Shown: piece after piece, positions 36,981-49,464 of the stretch | Position numbering within the stretch: the first letter of the stretch is position 1 | Layout: each line of letters begins with the position of its first letter | From: Hydrolagus colliei | Taxonomy: Eukaryota | Assembly (NCBI GenBank): GCA_035084275.1 | Contig: CM068771.1 | Coordinates: forward strand, 1,488,001 to 1,552,000 | Reading direction: 5' to 3' | DNA length: 64,000 nucleotides | Program-made: the position numbers and the translations under genes | The notes under the pieces: generated by a model | What the model saw: the letters and a program-made list of their open reading frames with translations, nothing else | What the model was told of the DNA's origin: nothing | Database searches by the model: none

Positions 36981-37734
36981 TTTTGAGCAGTTGCCCTCAA
37001 GATTGATACATTAAGATTGACTAAGGCTTCTTCATGACCGGGAATAAAATTCTGGTCCACTTAATTGACTGGTGAGCATGCAAAGCAGCATTGCACTAAT
37101 TGCTGTTATTACACAGCAAAATGTATTGTACAATCAAGCTGATGACATGTTCTGCTTTCAAACACAGAAAGCACAAATGTGGCAGGGTGATGCTCTTCCA
37201 TGCGCAAATATTTTACTTCTATATTAGTTATACTTTATATCAACATTATATTAACTATTTACTTAATTCATCGCATTTTTTGTAATAATAAATACAAATG
37301 CTGACCTCGGGGTGAAAACGTGTTAAAACGTGTGACCTCAGGTTAAAACATATGAAATCTCAAACCATCATAGAACATTATATCATATAGCTGTGAGGCA
37401 AATGAGGTGGAGGAAGAGTGGTGGTCACCATGGCGAAGTCAGCCATTGTGGAAGGTAGAAAGGGAGGAGGAAAGATACGCTAGGGTTAGAAAATGGAATT
37501 AAATTGATTCAAATCGTCCGAGTTGAAGTTGAGTATGTATGGAGTGTGAGAGTGTAGATGGTTGTTGGTAGAAACATGATTTTAGCCACGCTGACTGCAG
37601 ACAAGAGCTCTGCAGGATGTTGTATTGGGGAATGATATGTGACAGACTGATCAGAATCTGATTGATGTGCGCATATAATAAATCAATAATAATAATATTC
37701 TTTACATTCTATATAGTGTATTATTAGCATATCA

Positions 37735-38066
37735 GGAGCTCCTGTGGCTCAATGGTTAGAGAACTTGTCTTGCAAGCTGGGGAGACGAAGCTGGGGATTG
37801 AATCCAGGCAGGTCAGGGTGAAATCTTGGGCAAGTTTCCTTACTCCACATGCCAAATAATAATCCCTCCAAAAAAAACACGATAACAAAATTGGTCATTT
37901 CAATCCACGACTGTTTGTGGGGGACAATGCTGTGCACAATTGGCTGCCACAATTCGCCCACAAATATATACAGTCAATTCACTTTACAGTATATCTGTGA
38001 AGTGCTTTGGGACATCGATACGATGTGAAAAGCGCAATATCAAATGCAAGGATTATTATTATTATT
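37735..38066 (+). mobile_element. tRNA-derived SINE, full length
   Basis: ggagctcctgtggctcaatggttagag...aaatgcaaggattattattatt; absent from the paralogous duplicate near 35230. Confidence 0.85.
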
Positions 38067-41000
38067 ACATCTTGAAAGAATAGTAAAAAACCCTTGCAGA
38101 ATATTCTATAAATTTTAATTACTGTGTATTTTTTGGGTGCAATGGTAATGGAAGAGGTGAAGTTCGGGGTGAGTATCAAGCCAGAGGAGCCAACATGCAG
38201 GACATCTCTGAGATAAGCTGTCTCTGTGGTGAGCTTTCGTCTTCTCCATAACACCATATAGAGCTGGATTCTGGTGCATTTCTTGTTGGTTAGTGATATG
38301 TGACTTGTAGTTTTGTGGGGATTTCGCTTTCCATCAAATGGAATTATTGGAAGGTGTAAGTAAGATTTTATTCTTATGCTTTGCCTTGATAAAAAACAAG
38401 TCTTCTGAGACATTTTGTTCATATTTCCGGATAAGTATTTACTTCAATTTTCCAGTATAAAAAGTGTGAGACAATCTTAAACCAAACTCTTATATTATTT
38501 TAGGTGAGTGATTCCACTAATGCACTTTACATCAATACCGTTGGTCACTAATTATCCACAAATTTGTTGTGCGAAAACCTGAATGGCAAAAAATAAATCT
38601 ATTGGAAAACATCTGGATATCAAGTTGAAGGTTTTTGGGGTCAAAGAAGACTTTTCCTATTCCTGATTCCGAGTTGCGCAACCAAACTGCATCTTATCTA
38701 CATTTATTAATTAATTGTTCAATTAATGTATTGTTAATTGAACAATTACATCAATGTACATCAAGAGGAGATTTGAGACTTTTTTTGTCTATCTTAAATT
38801 TTTACTTCCTCATTTCACCTCCCTCCTATTTACACTGACTAATTTCTCTCGTGCTTCTGCTTGCTCGGAACTTCCTTATTTCCCTCTTGATTTCTCTGGT
38901 CAGTCTCTTTGCCTCTGTATACTTCCACTTATCAGGTTTCTAATTGATTGATCTTCCCTTAACCCCAATTTGCAGCTGTAGCTGTATGCTGGTCTCTTGT
39001 AAACACATATATAGGATAGGCAGTTAGTGGAGTCAGGTGAAGGTAATGGTGTCATGGCAGCAGAGGCCAAAGACTGCAGAGTTCTGGGAACTCTGTACCA
39101 TATGTAGTGAAGAGTTTGGGTTGCTGACTTGCAAGGAATTTGCCTAGTTAAGACTGGATGTTATGAATGCATGTTTGAGAGTTTTGTTGCCCTGCGGGTT
39201 AAGCTACTCATTATTTCCCTGGAAGGTCTCACCATGTTCACCAGTGTATGGAGACTACAAGGAGCAGGTTGAATAGAGCCCAGTTGTTCTTGAGATTGGG
39301 TAGCCCAGAGTGCGTGTTGGAGGTAACTGCTGGAGTGTATCAGCTAATATAGCGTTGCTTTGTTGTCATGGCTAAATGCTAAAAGTGTTTTAAGAATATA
39401 AGTTACAAGTGTGAAAGTTGCAAAGCAAAGTATCTGTAAGGCAGATCCCAAAAATGTGGCACAATATGATCAGGACTTACAAGCACACAGGAAGTATGTC
39501 CAAAACCACAAACCCCATGAAGGGACCAATCAGGAGAGAATAAAAGCGAGAACCGAAACAACTGGCCTGGTTAATCATTGATCCTCTGAGTAGGCACCCA
39601 GATAAGTAGTGTTATTGCCAATTTTGAGACTGTTGCTATGCAAGCTTGTGGAAGATAAGTCATGTATGAAATTGTTGTTACGAAGGTTGCTGTTACACGA
39701 TATGACCAGATAGGGTGTTGAATTTCTTGAAAGACAACTTGGCTGAAATTTTGAAGTTGTCCTTGGGAAAAAAAAGGTGTGTTAGATGTATTTCCAGAAT
39801 GGTAGCGGAGCAGTGCACGAGAAGACAAGTTCTGTAACAGAAATCCAGAAGCACTGTTTTGGTCTTAAGTATTTCCTCCAGTTCCTTATTATCCACATTG
39901 CCATCACTTGCAATAATTACAATAATATTCTTACGTGTACAACCTATTTCATTCCTTATGATAATATCCGATCTATTACAAATGAATGTTCCTTATCAAT
40001 GCAATAATAACTATTTATTATTTTAATATTATTTGGAAACACAGCCATTATTCATGGATTCGTTGATTACATGCAGTTTCTGTTACAGTTCTCTCTACAA
40101 ATATCTTTCTTTCCTGACTTTTTCTTGGCTGGTTATGCAAATATACAATTATGATCACACGGGTTGAAACTCATTGCTTCATTCCACTAATTTTATCTGT
40201 CAAAATGAAAGGCTCGTACATGTTACAGCTTCTGATATAATCATCCATATTTCCTTTCTCTGATGTGTGGTCAGTGGCAGGACACTGATGAACACTGCAG
40301 AACAATTTATTGCCTTGCCTTTCTGCCATACAATCCCATAATATGAAATAAAATAATAAGTGCAATAATTAGATTATTATTAATAATTGTTAGATATTTT
40401 TACATTTTCTCCAGCCCTGCTTAGCAACCAGGGAATAAGATATATGTGAGAAAATAAAAATGTTATGTGTTATGAACTATGCAGCTCTTTATCAATATCA
40501 ATTGAAGCACTATCTTTTTACCATATACCAGCCCATTAGAAAAAAACTTTGAAATATGTCTCAGTATTTAATGACATTCTACTCTGTTGGGATAAATTGT
40601 TGTTCAGTTATCTTCATTTACTATCTAATATTTAGAAGCTTGGCTTTCATATAGCTCATCCAAATTATTCTTGTATTGTGATGTAATCTACAGTACTTGT
40701 ATAGTATGTAGAGACCTGCAGTCCATGGGTTGGAGTTCTTGCCTTAGAAACAAATAACATGCGTTCAATTCCAAACAGGATGAAAGCTGGGAAAGTGTGC
40801 TTACTTGTTAATAATCCCTAAACAAAAACAAAAAACCCAATAATCTTTTAAATCCGTGATTTATTCGGGGGGGCACGGCACGGCTATTTGCGATTGACCA
40901 TGGCATTTCACCCACATATATACAGTCAATTCACTTCCGCAGTACATTCTATGAAGTGCTTTTAGATGTCCAAAAGATGTGAAAAGTGCTATAACAAATG

Positions 41001-41730
41001 CAAGGATGATTAGTTTTAGAGAGATAGGAATGATCCCTCTAAAATGTGCATCCACATACCATGATCAGTGTTGGAGATGCAGTGATGCTGTTTACTTGTG
41101 TCAAAATACTCTACCCCTCTAGTGAGTGGGAAATATAATGCTAATTGTTTTTGTTGATTCGTACAATTACAAACCTCGAAAATCCACAGCCCTTCTCTTG
41201 CCAGCTTGAACTTTGCCCTTACTTTCTAACATATGACCTATATTATCAGATGACTTACGAAGGGAGCTATATCTTTATTCTTCTTGTTATTTTTTTATTG
41301 TGCAGGTGTATCTATAATCTGTTTCTTTAATTTATCTGTTTCCACCCACAAGATTGCATGTGCGTTGATCTTAGTCAGCAACTTCTCCTATGGTACTTTA
41401 GCAATGCCCCTCTGGAAATCGAAATGAACTACACTTCTTGTTGTATTCTGAAGATATCATTTGGTTTGGTCAGTCTGAAATTCTTTTTGAGTGTCCATAG
41501 GGATGTTCATCATAATATTATCCTTCCTTTGATATAATAGTAATAGATAACAACCAATAGGCAGGACAGTGGTGGATAAATATTGAAGCAATTGACAAGA
41601 AACAAAACTGCCTCACAATAATAAAAATCTTGCATGACATCTTTGCACCACTGGGATGATCTCACAAATATAGTTTATTTGTTGCAAAATACAGTCGGAG
41701 TGAGAAACGCAGAACATTTGCCTAAAGCTT

Positions 41731-41821
41731 GGGCTTGTTCAGGATTTGAACCCGGGACCTCTCACATGTTTATTCAGTTGCTCACGCCTAATCGATAATC
41801 ATACCCCCAAACCAACGAGCC
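41731..41821 (-). tRNA. tRNA-Pro(AGG)-derived gene with a 19-nt insert at the canonical intron site; probably a pseudogene
   Basis: GGCTCGTTGGTTTGGGGGTATGATTATCGATTAGGC[GTGAGCAACTGAATAAACA]TGTGAGAGGTCCCGGGTTCAAATCCTGAACAAGCCC. About 9 substitutions from vertebrate tRNA-Pro; anticodon stem weakened. Confidence 0.75.
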
Positions 41822-42163
41822 ACATATGTTAAAAAGCTGAAATTTCAACAAATGAATGTGGCAATACAAAACTGAATAGATCTTGGTTGATTTCATTTAC
41901 GTTTACCAAAGTTTGATCTTGTTTATCATGATCATGTTCTTCAGACAAAAAAAACAGTACTCATCAGTCACTGACTCAATGTGTCCAATGGCCCACATTC
42001 CATGGATAATGTACAGAAATAAAAGCTATCAACAAACATTTTCTTTGCTTATTGTCAAAGAGTTGGTTAGCTTTCCATCGAATTTGAATTTCAATGTAGT
42101 TTCAAACTGTCAGTGCAGCTCAACTGACAGAAACTCTCACATTGCATGAGATTCCACAAGATG

Positions 42164-42235
42164 TGTTCAATTTTGTAATGGTGAGTACTCTTGTCTCTGA
42201 ATCCAGCAATCCGAGTTCAAATCTCTACAGAACCT
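42164..42235 (+). tRNA. tRNA-Gln(CTG) pseudogene
   Basis: ...TGTAATGGTGAGTACTCTTGTCTCTGAATCCAGCAATCCGAGTTCAAATCTCTACAGAACCT. The acceptor, anticodon and T stems are broken; the B box is intact. Confidence 0.8.
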
Positions 42236-42990
42236 TGTCATCCTCCTGCCTTAACAACCAAATGTGTCTTTGCTGTTTTTTTCAATTAAAATTAAATAAA
42301 ATTCAACAACAACGAATACAATAACTTGCATTTATCTCGTCCCCTTCAAGCCAGATGGCACATTGGATCGCTAATTGAGCATTAACGAATATGAACTGAC
42401 TGATGCTGTATGAACACCCAAAAACATTACCCTGTGACCCCCATTATTATCTAATAATATGAATCACTTGAATGCAACATTTCTGTTTATCCCCAACAGC
42501 AACAATAAAAGCAATCATAATAATAATGCTGGTACTTGATGTAGCGCTTTTCATGTTTTCTCGACACTAGACATTCATGGGCGAATTACACCCAGCAGTA
42601 ATATCCATTTATGAAGCCAGCTTCATATCCATCGTGACTTGGAACATTAAAGTTGGAGTTTTAATTTACTAAACATGACAGCCTCTTTTTTGGTTAAAGA
42701 ATTTTAACACTGTCAACAAATGTAGACAATGAAAACATCTGGAATTAACTGTAGCAGTGTTTCACATTGTCAATTGCTGTGAAGATTGACAACTTTCTCT
42801 CTTGTGATATAAACAGTTTTCATAAGTCTCCCAAATGACTAGTCACTTGTTAATATGTAGAAACTTATATTGTCTTCGCTCTGACCCTGCCTGAAGAGGA
42901 TGATCTTCATGCTCTGTATATTAGAATAAAAGTATTTAAATGAAACACAAAACAGAATTAATGTTTTTGATGGAGTTATGCTGCAAAGCA

Positions 42991-43062
42991 AGGTTCTGTA
43001 GAGATTTGAACTCGGATTGCTGGATTCAGAGACAAGAGTACTCACCATTACAAAATTGAACT
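42991..43062 (-). tRNA. tRNA-Gln(CTG) pseudogene, inverted copy
   Basis: Reverse complement identical to 42165-42238. Confidence 0.8.
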
Positions 43063-43228
43063 TATGGTTAAAATCTGATCCTTTGACATCCATTTTAAGC
43101 TTTTTCAATACATAAATAAACACACAGAAATGTTGTCCACCAACGTATGACAAATGGACAGAACTCCTCATGACAGGACAGACTTGGGGAATATCGATGC
43201 TGTGAGTTACAGTTAAACTGATCCAAAA

Positions 43229-43301
43229 TGCTGAAACCCAGGATTGAACCAGGGACCATTAGATTTTCAGTCTAACCCTCTCCCAACTGAGCTATTTGAG
43301 A
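43229..43301 (-). tRNA. tRNA-Phe(GAA)-derived gene, probably a pseudogene
   Basis: TCTCAAATAGCTCAGTTGGGAGAGGGTTAGACTGAAAATCTAATGGTCCCTGGTTCAATCCTGGGTTTCAGCA followed by TTTT. About 9 changes from the canonical sequence, including acceptor-stem mismatches. Confidence 0.8.
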
Positions 43302-43685
43302 TCATATATAATTGAGTGTTTCCTCCTGCTTTTTTTTTAAAAAAAAGCTTCCAACCTTTTGTTTTCCAGTGAAACTCTTTTTATCACTTTAGTTGTTCAT
43401 ATTGGTGACTTGATAACAACAATCTACTGACAATATATTTTATTTGTATGTGGCCCTTTCTGGTTGGGAGATTTATCACAGATATTTGTCATCTCAAATT
43501 GGCTGGAGAGAATGCTGGAACTTCACTGGAATTTTAATCACGTTAGTGTCTCAGAATGACCAAAATAATTCAGTTGGATTGGAGGAAGAAGATCACTGGG
43601 CACATCCAGCCTCAGTTGCTGAGGACAAATCATCGACTATTTTCCTGATGTCTGCTGTGCCCTGCAATACTAACCTGCTAACACA

Positions 43686-44000
43686 GAGTCCTGTAGCTCA
43701 GCGGTTAGAACACTCGCCTTTCAAGTGTGAGACCTTTATTTGAATCCATGGCGAAATCTTGGGCAAGTTTTCATACTCCACAGGCCTAATAATAATCCCT
43801 CCAAAGAAAAACCACAATAATAAAATGTGGTTATTTGAATCCACAACTGTTTGCGGGATACTGCTGTGTGCAATTGGATGCTGTGCTTCGTCCACAAATA
43901 AACAGTCAATTCACTTTGCAGTCCACTCTGTGAAGCGCTTTGAGATGTCTAGAATATATCAAAGGTGCTATATCAAATGCAAGGATTATTCTGATTATTA
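43686..44000 (+). mobile_element. tRNA-derived SINE, full length
   Basis: gagtcctgtagctcagcggttagaacac...caaatgcaaggattatt. Confidence 0.8.
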
Positions 44001-44679
44001 ATGCTAATTAACATTTGATCCATCTCTATGAACATACTGAAATGTATGAACACACTGAACTGTTTTTGCTGAATGCCGAGAAGCATCAAATTTCTAATAT
44101 CATTGGACGCGACTCATTCCTCAAACAATCAGGATCAAGTTCGTTGATCACCTTTCCAGTAGCACTGGAACCTGGCAGCCACACTGTGTCCCAGTGACCT
44201 GATCTATATACAGTATTCAATGTGCCTTCTGAGCCAATCATTATAAACCGAGACAGGGGATTGGGTTGGGGGTGGGGTGTACTTGCCAGAGAATAAACAG
44301 GGTATAGTCAACACATTGAAATGTTTAATGGAAGAGGAGGATTAACAAGAAGGGTAGAACAGAAGATTGTTTCCTGGGACTGTGTCTTTGTTCCCCTTGT
44401 GATGGGAATGGGGAATAAGTCCGTCAGGGTGGCCGCTGTTCGACAACTGACATGGAGCAGTATCATGTACCAGATGGAGGATTTCCAGCTGTTTTTTTTA
44501 AAAGAAATACCTAGAGGGTATAATGGAGAACAGTGGACAGAAATTGATTCATTTTGTGCGCGGGACGGCAGCTTGGAATCAGGGGCTGCGGACACAATGC
44601 AAACAAACCGAGAATGGGAGTTCGGATTAGAGAAGGGGTGGGGAATGGTCAAAACACATTAATGTTGAGTGGAAAATAG

Positions 44680-45005
44680 CAACAGCAACAACTCGGATTT
44701 ATATAGCGCCCTCCACAGTCTCAGAGCGCTTCACAATGACGGATCCCGGGAACGAGCCAGGGGCAGATGACCAAAGGCACGGTCGAAGAGCAAGGTCTAC
44801 AGGTGGGACCCGAAACTGGGAAGAGAGGGGGCGATAGGCGAAGGGAATGAGGAAGGGAATTCCAGAGCCTCAGGGCATAGTGGCTGAAATCACGGCCGCC
44901 GAGGGTGGAGCGGAGGATTTGGGGGACATGGTGGAGGCCAGAGCCGGTGGAATGAAGGCAACGGGAGCCGGTTTGAGGAGAGAGGAGGTCGGAGAGGAAC
45001 AACAA
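44680..45005 (-). mobile_element. L2-clade LINE 3' fragment
   Basis: Reverse of [13 protein letters not shown] plus tail; interrupted at 45016 by the Tc2-like element. Confidence 0.75.
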
Positions 45006-45015
45006 CTTCCATTTA

Positions 45016-45719
45016 CCGTATATCTCCGCGTATAAGGCGCACCCCCCACTTTTGACCTTTCCTTGGTGAAAAAAACCCGGAAGCATTTTCAATGATATTG
45101 CCGGCAGAAGGGAGGAGAGACAGGAGAGACAGGTAGGTAGGGAGAGAGAGAGGCAGGCAGCCAGGGAGAGAGAGAGGGAGAGAGGCAGGCCGGCAGGGAG
45201 GGAGAGAGAGAGGGAGAGAGGCAGGCCGNNNNNNNNNNNNNNNNNNNNNNNNNNNNNNNNNNNNNNNNNNNNNNNNNNNNNNNNNNNNNNNNNNNNNNNN
45301 NNNNNNNNNNNNNNNNNNNNNNNNNNNNNNNNNNNNNNNNNNNNNNNNNNNNNNNNNNNNNNNNNNNNNNNNNNNNNNNNNNNNNNNNNNNNNNNNNNNN
45401 NGGGAGAGAGAGTGGGAGAGAGGCTGGGAGAGAGGCAGCCCGGGAGAGAGAGAGAGAGAGAGAGAGACAGGCAGCTTGGGAGAGAGAGAGAGAGAGGGAG
45501 GGAGGCAGGCCGGCAGCCCGGGAGAGAGAGTGGGAAAGAGGCAGGCTGGCAGCCTGGGAGAGAGAGAGAGAGAGAGAGAGGGAGGGAGGCAGCCCGGGAG
45601 AGAGAGAGGGAGAAAGGCAGGCAGGCAGGGAGGGAGGTAGGGAAGCAGGCAGGGAGGGAGGGAGAGGCAGGCAGAGAGTGCGGCAGGGAGTGAGGGAGGC
45701 AGACTGGGTTTGGCAGAAC
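45016..45719 (-). mobile_element. Truncated second copy of the Tc2/pogo-like element at 3846-5318
   Basis: TA|CCGTATATCTCCGCGTATAAGGCGCAC terminus; reverse complement of 4104-5318 including the VNTR; the other terminus is missing. Confidence 0.8.
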
Positions 45720-46123
45720 TCACACTCACACATCAATTCTCAAAAAACTCACACAGCCTGACAGACACAGAGGAAGAAACCACAAAACAGAACATTTCCC
45801 AGAGCCTTTTACCCAGAGACAAGTGAGGAGCAGCTCCCGAGCCTCCCACTGGCTGTGAGTGTGAGAATCAGTGTGCGATCCAGTAAGTGAGTTAGTGTTG
45901 GAGCTGAGAGGCTTTTGTGTAAGTATGAGAGTCCATTAACCAGCCAGCGTCCAGCTAGTGTCCAACTAATGACGAAGGATTGTGGACCCCGAAACGTTGA
46001 CTCTTTTTCTTTTCTCCATGGATGCTGCCTGACCTGCTGAGTTTCCCCAGCAACCTTTGTTTTTGTTGCAAGATTCCCAGCATCTGTGGTATTTTGCGTT
46101 TTGCGAATGACCAGCCAGTGACT

Positions 46124-46512
46124 ACAACAACAACAACAACAACAAGTTACATTTATAGAGCGCCTTTCACGTCGGGAGGACGTCCCAAGGCGCTGAACAG
46201 GAGGCGTGTGACCCGAGCTGGGAGGGCAGTGTTTGAGAAGGGGTGAGACACGAAGGGGAGGTCAAAGAGTTCGGGGGGTGGGGAACAAAAGGCACGATCG
46301 AAGAGGAAAGCCTTCAAACCGGCCTCGAAAGAGGAAAGGGAAGAGACGAAACGGAGGGATTGAGGGATGGCATTCCATAAGGTGGGAGCGGAGAAACTGA
46401 AGGCCCGGCCTCCGATGGTGGGGCGGTTCGGGCGGGGGGCTTGGAGCAGGCCAAGTTCTGTTGAACGGAGGGTCTGGGTGGGTGTGTAGGGGGAGAGTAG
46501 ATCGGTTAGAGA
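46124..46512 (-). mobile_element. L2-clade LINE 3' fragment
   Basis: Near-identical to the reverse of 48540-48912. Confidence 0.85.
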
Positions 46513-47013
46513 GTGACCAGCTGCTGTCGAGCTAGGATGGTACCAGGAATGAGGGACTTTGGCTGTGAGGAAAGGCTAGATAGTCTAAGCTTATTCTCTC
46601 TAGAACAAAGAAGATTGAGAGGAGACCTGATAGAGGTTTATAAGATTACCAAATGCTTCGACAGGGTGAATAGGGAAAGACTGTTTCCACTGGTGGGCGA
46701 ATCAGTGACTCGTGGTCACAGATTTAAAAGGGTTTCAAAACGAAGCAGAGGGGAGCTGAGGAGAATTTGTTTCACTCAGCGGGTTGTTCAAATCTGTAAT
46801 GCATTGCCTGAAAAGGTGGTGGAGGCCGATTCCATAACACGTTTTAAAAGGGAATTAGATCTTTATTTAGGGAGAACAGGTCTGTTAGGTTATGGGGAGA
46901 GAGCTAGGCGGTGGGATTGAGTTGCTCTGTTCAAAGAGCCAGACAAGACTAGATGGGCCGAATGGCCTCCTTTTGTGCCGTATATTTCTATGATTCTATG
47001 ATTTTATGATTCT
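46513..47013 (+). mobile_element. CR1 LINE 3' fragment
   Basis: RMVPGMRDFGCEERLDSLSLFSLEQRRLRGDLIEVYKI, with an (attctatg)n tail. Confidence 0.9.
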
Positions 47014-47857
47014 AGTGTCCATCTAGTGACCAGCCAGTGACCAGTCAGTGCCTAGTCAGTGACCCGCCAGTGAGATGATGAGATCTCTGGTCGCTCTTGC
47101 CATGCTCCTGCCTGTGTGCAGTGAGCTACACAGTAAGTGGCCACCAAACTTGTACTATTCCGGTTTGCTATTATTCGTTGCCTTGTTTGTGGGGGCGGGG
47201 CTGGGAATGTGATACTGTGAGAGGAACTGAGGCGTGTTTTGTGGGTTTGTAGAGGCTTTGTGTGTATGTGTGTGTGTAGAAGGTAGTGTTTGTAGAGGGT
47301 ATGTTTGCGGAGGGTATGTTTGTAGAGGGTATGAGGGTGGTTTGTTGGAGGGTATGAGCTGGGTATTTGCAGATGGTATGGTGGGTGGGGGCGTGTGTGT
47401 AGAGGGTAATGGGGTTGTGTACAATGTATGATAGGTGGTGTGTGTAGACGGTATGAGGGGAGGTGTGTGGAGGGCATACAGGGATGTGGAGGGTATGATA
47501 GTGAGATGTTTAGAGGATATGGGAGAGGGTGGGTGTTTAGATGGTATGGGTGAGGTTATGGGGGGAGTTGTGTAGAGGGAATGAAAGGGGGGGTGTGTAG
47601 AGCGGATGGGGTGGTGGAGGGTATGGGTGTGTGTAGAGGGTACGTGGGGCATGTAGTTTGTATGAGAGGCTGGACTGCATATGTGGGATGTGCGGAGGGA
47701 GTGAGGAGCTGAGGGTTATGTGGAGAGAGTGAGAGTCTGAGGGGTGTGTGGAGGGATTGAGGGGCTGAGTGGTATGTGGAGGGTATGAGTGGCTGATGAG
47801 GGAGGAGATCAGGGAAGAGATTGCACTGGGTTCCTTTCCTCAGCCTGCCACATTTCT

Positions 47858-47942
47858 ATGAGATTGTTGGCTCCCCCTTCCTGTGTGTTCACCGTGACTC
47901 GTGTGCTCAGTGTAACTGTAGATATTTCTATGTACAGCTTGT
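47858..47942 (+). CDS. Candidate leader exon of the MHC class I-like gene (uncertain)
   Basis: ATG...TTG T|gtgagt gives a phase-1 donor compatible with 49216; MRLLAPPSCVFTVTRVLSVTVDISMYSL is only weakly signal-peptide-like. Confidence 0.3.
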
Positions 47943-48427
47943 GTGAGTTTGTACGTATACTTTGTTGGGATTTCCGATCCTGAGAGTTCAGAATAATGAC
48001 CCAACAATCCTTAGTAACGGTATGGTGAGTTATTGATTGCAAGCAATTTTAGAATGATAGAATAAAAGAGCAAATAATCATACGAACAGTTCTATGTAGA
48101 ATACAATGCTGGATTCAAGCTGTTACCCCATAAGTCAGGCTCAGGCTTCTCGCAATACTCACTCCTAACTTTCCTTCCAACTTTCCCTTTTCTGCCTGTA
48201 AAACAAAACAACTGGAACCATGACCCGTTGCAGTAGTTCTGGACAACAGCGGCAGGCTGGAGATCTCGGTTTACTCTGAGACACTCCCCAATTGTCATAA
48301 TGAGCCACTGTTTCACTCCTATCTTTATACATCTCCACCAGCCTCGCTTCTCTTGATGAGCAGAGCGGTTCTCAAACACCTCCCCATCTACCCAGGCCTG
48401 TTTTGCTTGCCTCCTTTGTTTTCCCAA

Positions 48428-48912
48428 ACCTTGCCCGTCTCCACTGGCTCCCCATCCTCCAGAGGATCGAGTTTAAGATCCTCGTCCTCACCTACAAGGC
48501 CTTACATGGCCTTACCCCATCCTACTTAACCAATCTACTCTCCCCCTACACGCCCACCCGGACCCTCCATTCAACAGGACTTGGCCTGCTCCAAGCCCCC
48601 CGCCCGAACTGCCCCACCATTGGAGGCCGGGCCTTCAGTTTCTCCGCTCCCACCCTATGGAATGCCATCCCTCAATCCCTCCGTTTCATCTCTTCCCTTT
48701 CCTCTTTCAAGGCCGGTTGGAAGACTTTCCTCTTCGATCGTGCCTTTTGTTCCACCCCGAACTCTTTTACCTCCCCTTCGTGTTTCACCCCTTCCCAAAC
48801 ACTGCCCTCCCAGCTCGGGTCACACGCCTCCTGTTCAGCGCCTTGGGACGTCCTCCCGACGTGAAAGGCGCTCTATAAATGTAAATTGTTGTTGTTGTTG
48901 TTGTTGTTGTTG
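48428..48912 (+). mobile_element. L2-clade LINE 3' fragment
   Basis: [28 protein letters not shown]...; (ttg)n tail. Confidence 0.88.
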
Positions 48913-49215
48913 AGAGGGGAATGTGAGTCTGGTGTTTTTGTATAGACAAATTGTTTGTCTCCCTTTTGCTCAAGGTTGCTGACCATGCCTGTGTTGTGGC
49001 TAGATTGCTTGAATTGGTGCCTGATTGGAACTAACTATAATTACTTTTTAATACCTCCATATCCCAACAACCGTATGTGTTTGCATGTACACTGTGGGTG
49101 TGATTGTGCTCAGAGTGCGCTCTGTATGCGCAAAGTGTGTGGAATGCGTGTACAGCATTTACTCTGAATGATCTGATACACAGATACAACCCATGTGTTT
49201 GTTCCTGTCTGACAG

Positions 49216-49464
49216 GGCCTCGGGTGGTGAGATGGTTGCACACATTGGTGTCAGGAAACCGAGATTTGCCAGAGTACAACCTTGCTGCGATACTAGATGA
49301 TGTAGAGTTATACCACTATGACAGCAACAGTCAGAGGATTGTCACCAGGATTGCAAGTCTACAGGGGGCTGTAAGAGAACAGCGCTTCCATGCACGTGTA
49401 GAGGTTGTGAAGCAAATGAAGGAGAACATGTTGTATATGATGAAGAGGAGGAATATTACGAGTG
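49216..49464 (+). CDS. MHC class I-like heavy chain, alpha-1 exon
   Basis: gacag|GGCCT...AGTG|gtgagt, phase 1/1; GPRVVRWLHTLVSGNRDLPEYNLAAILDDVELYHYDSNSQRIVTR...KRRNITS. Has the class I DDxxxxxYDS pattern and the N86 glycan sequon. Confidence 0.85.

Noticed and set aside
39560-39960. Overlapping minus-strand ORFs (66 and 85 aa)
   Set aside because: No recognisable domain and no convincing splice sites; left unassigned.
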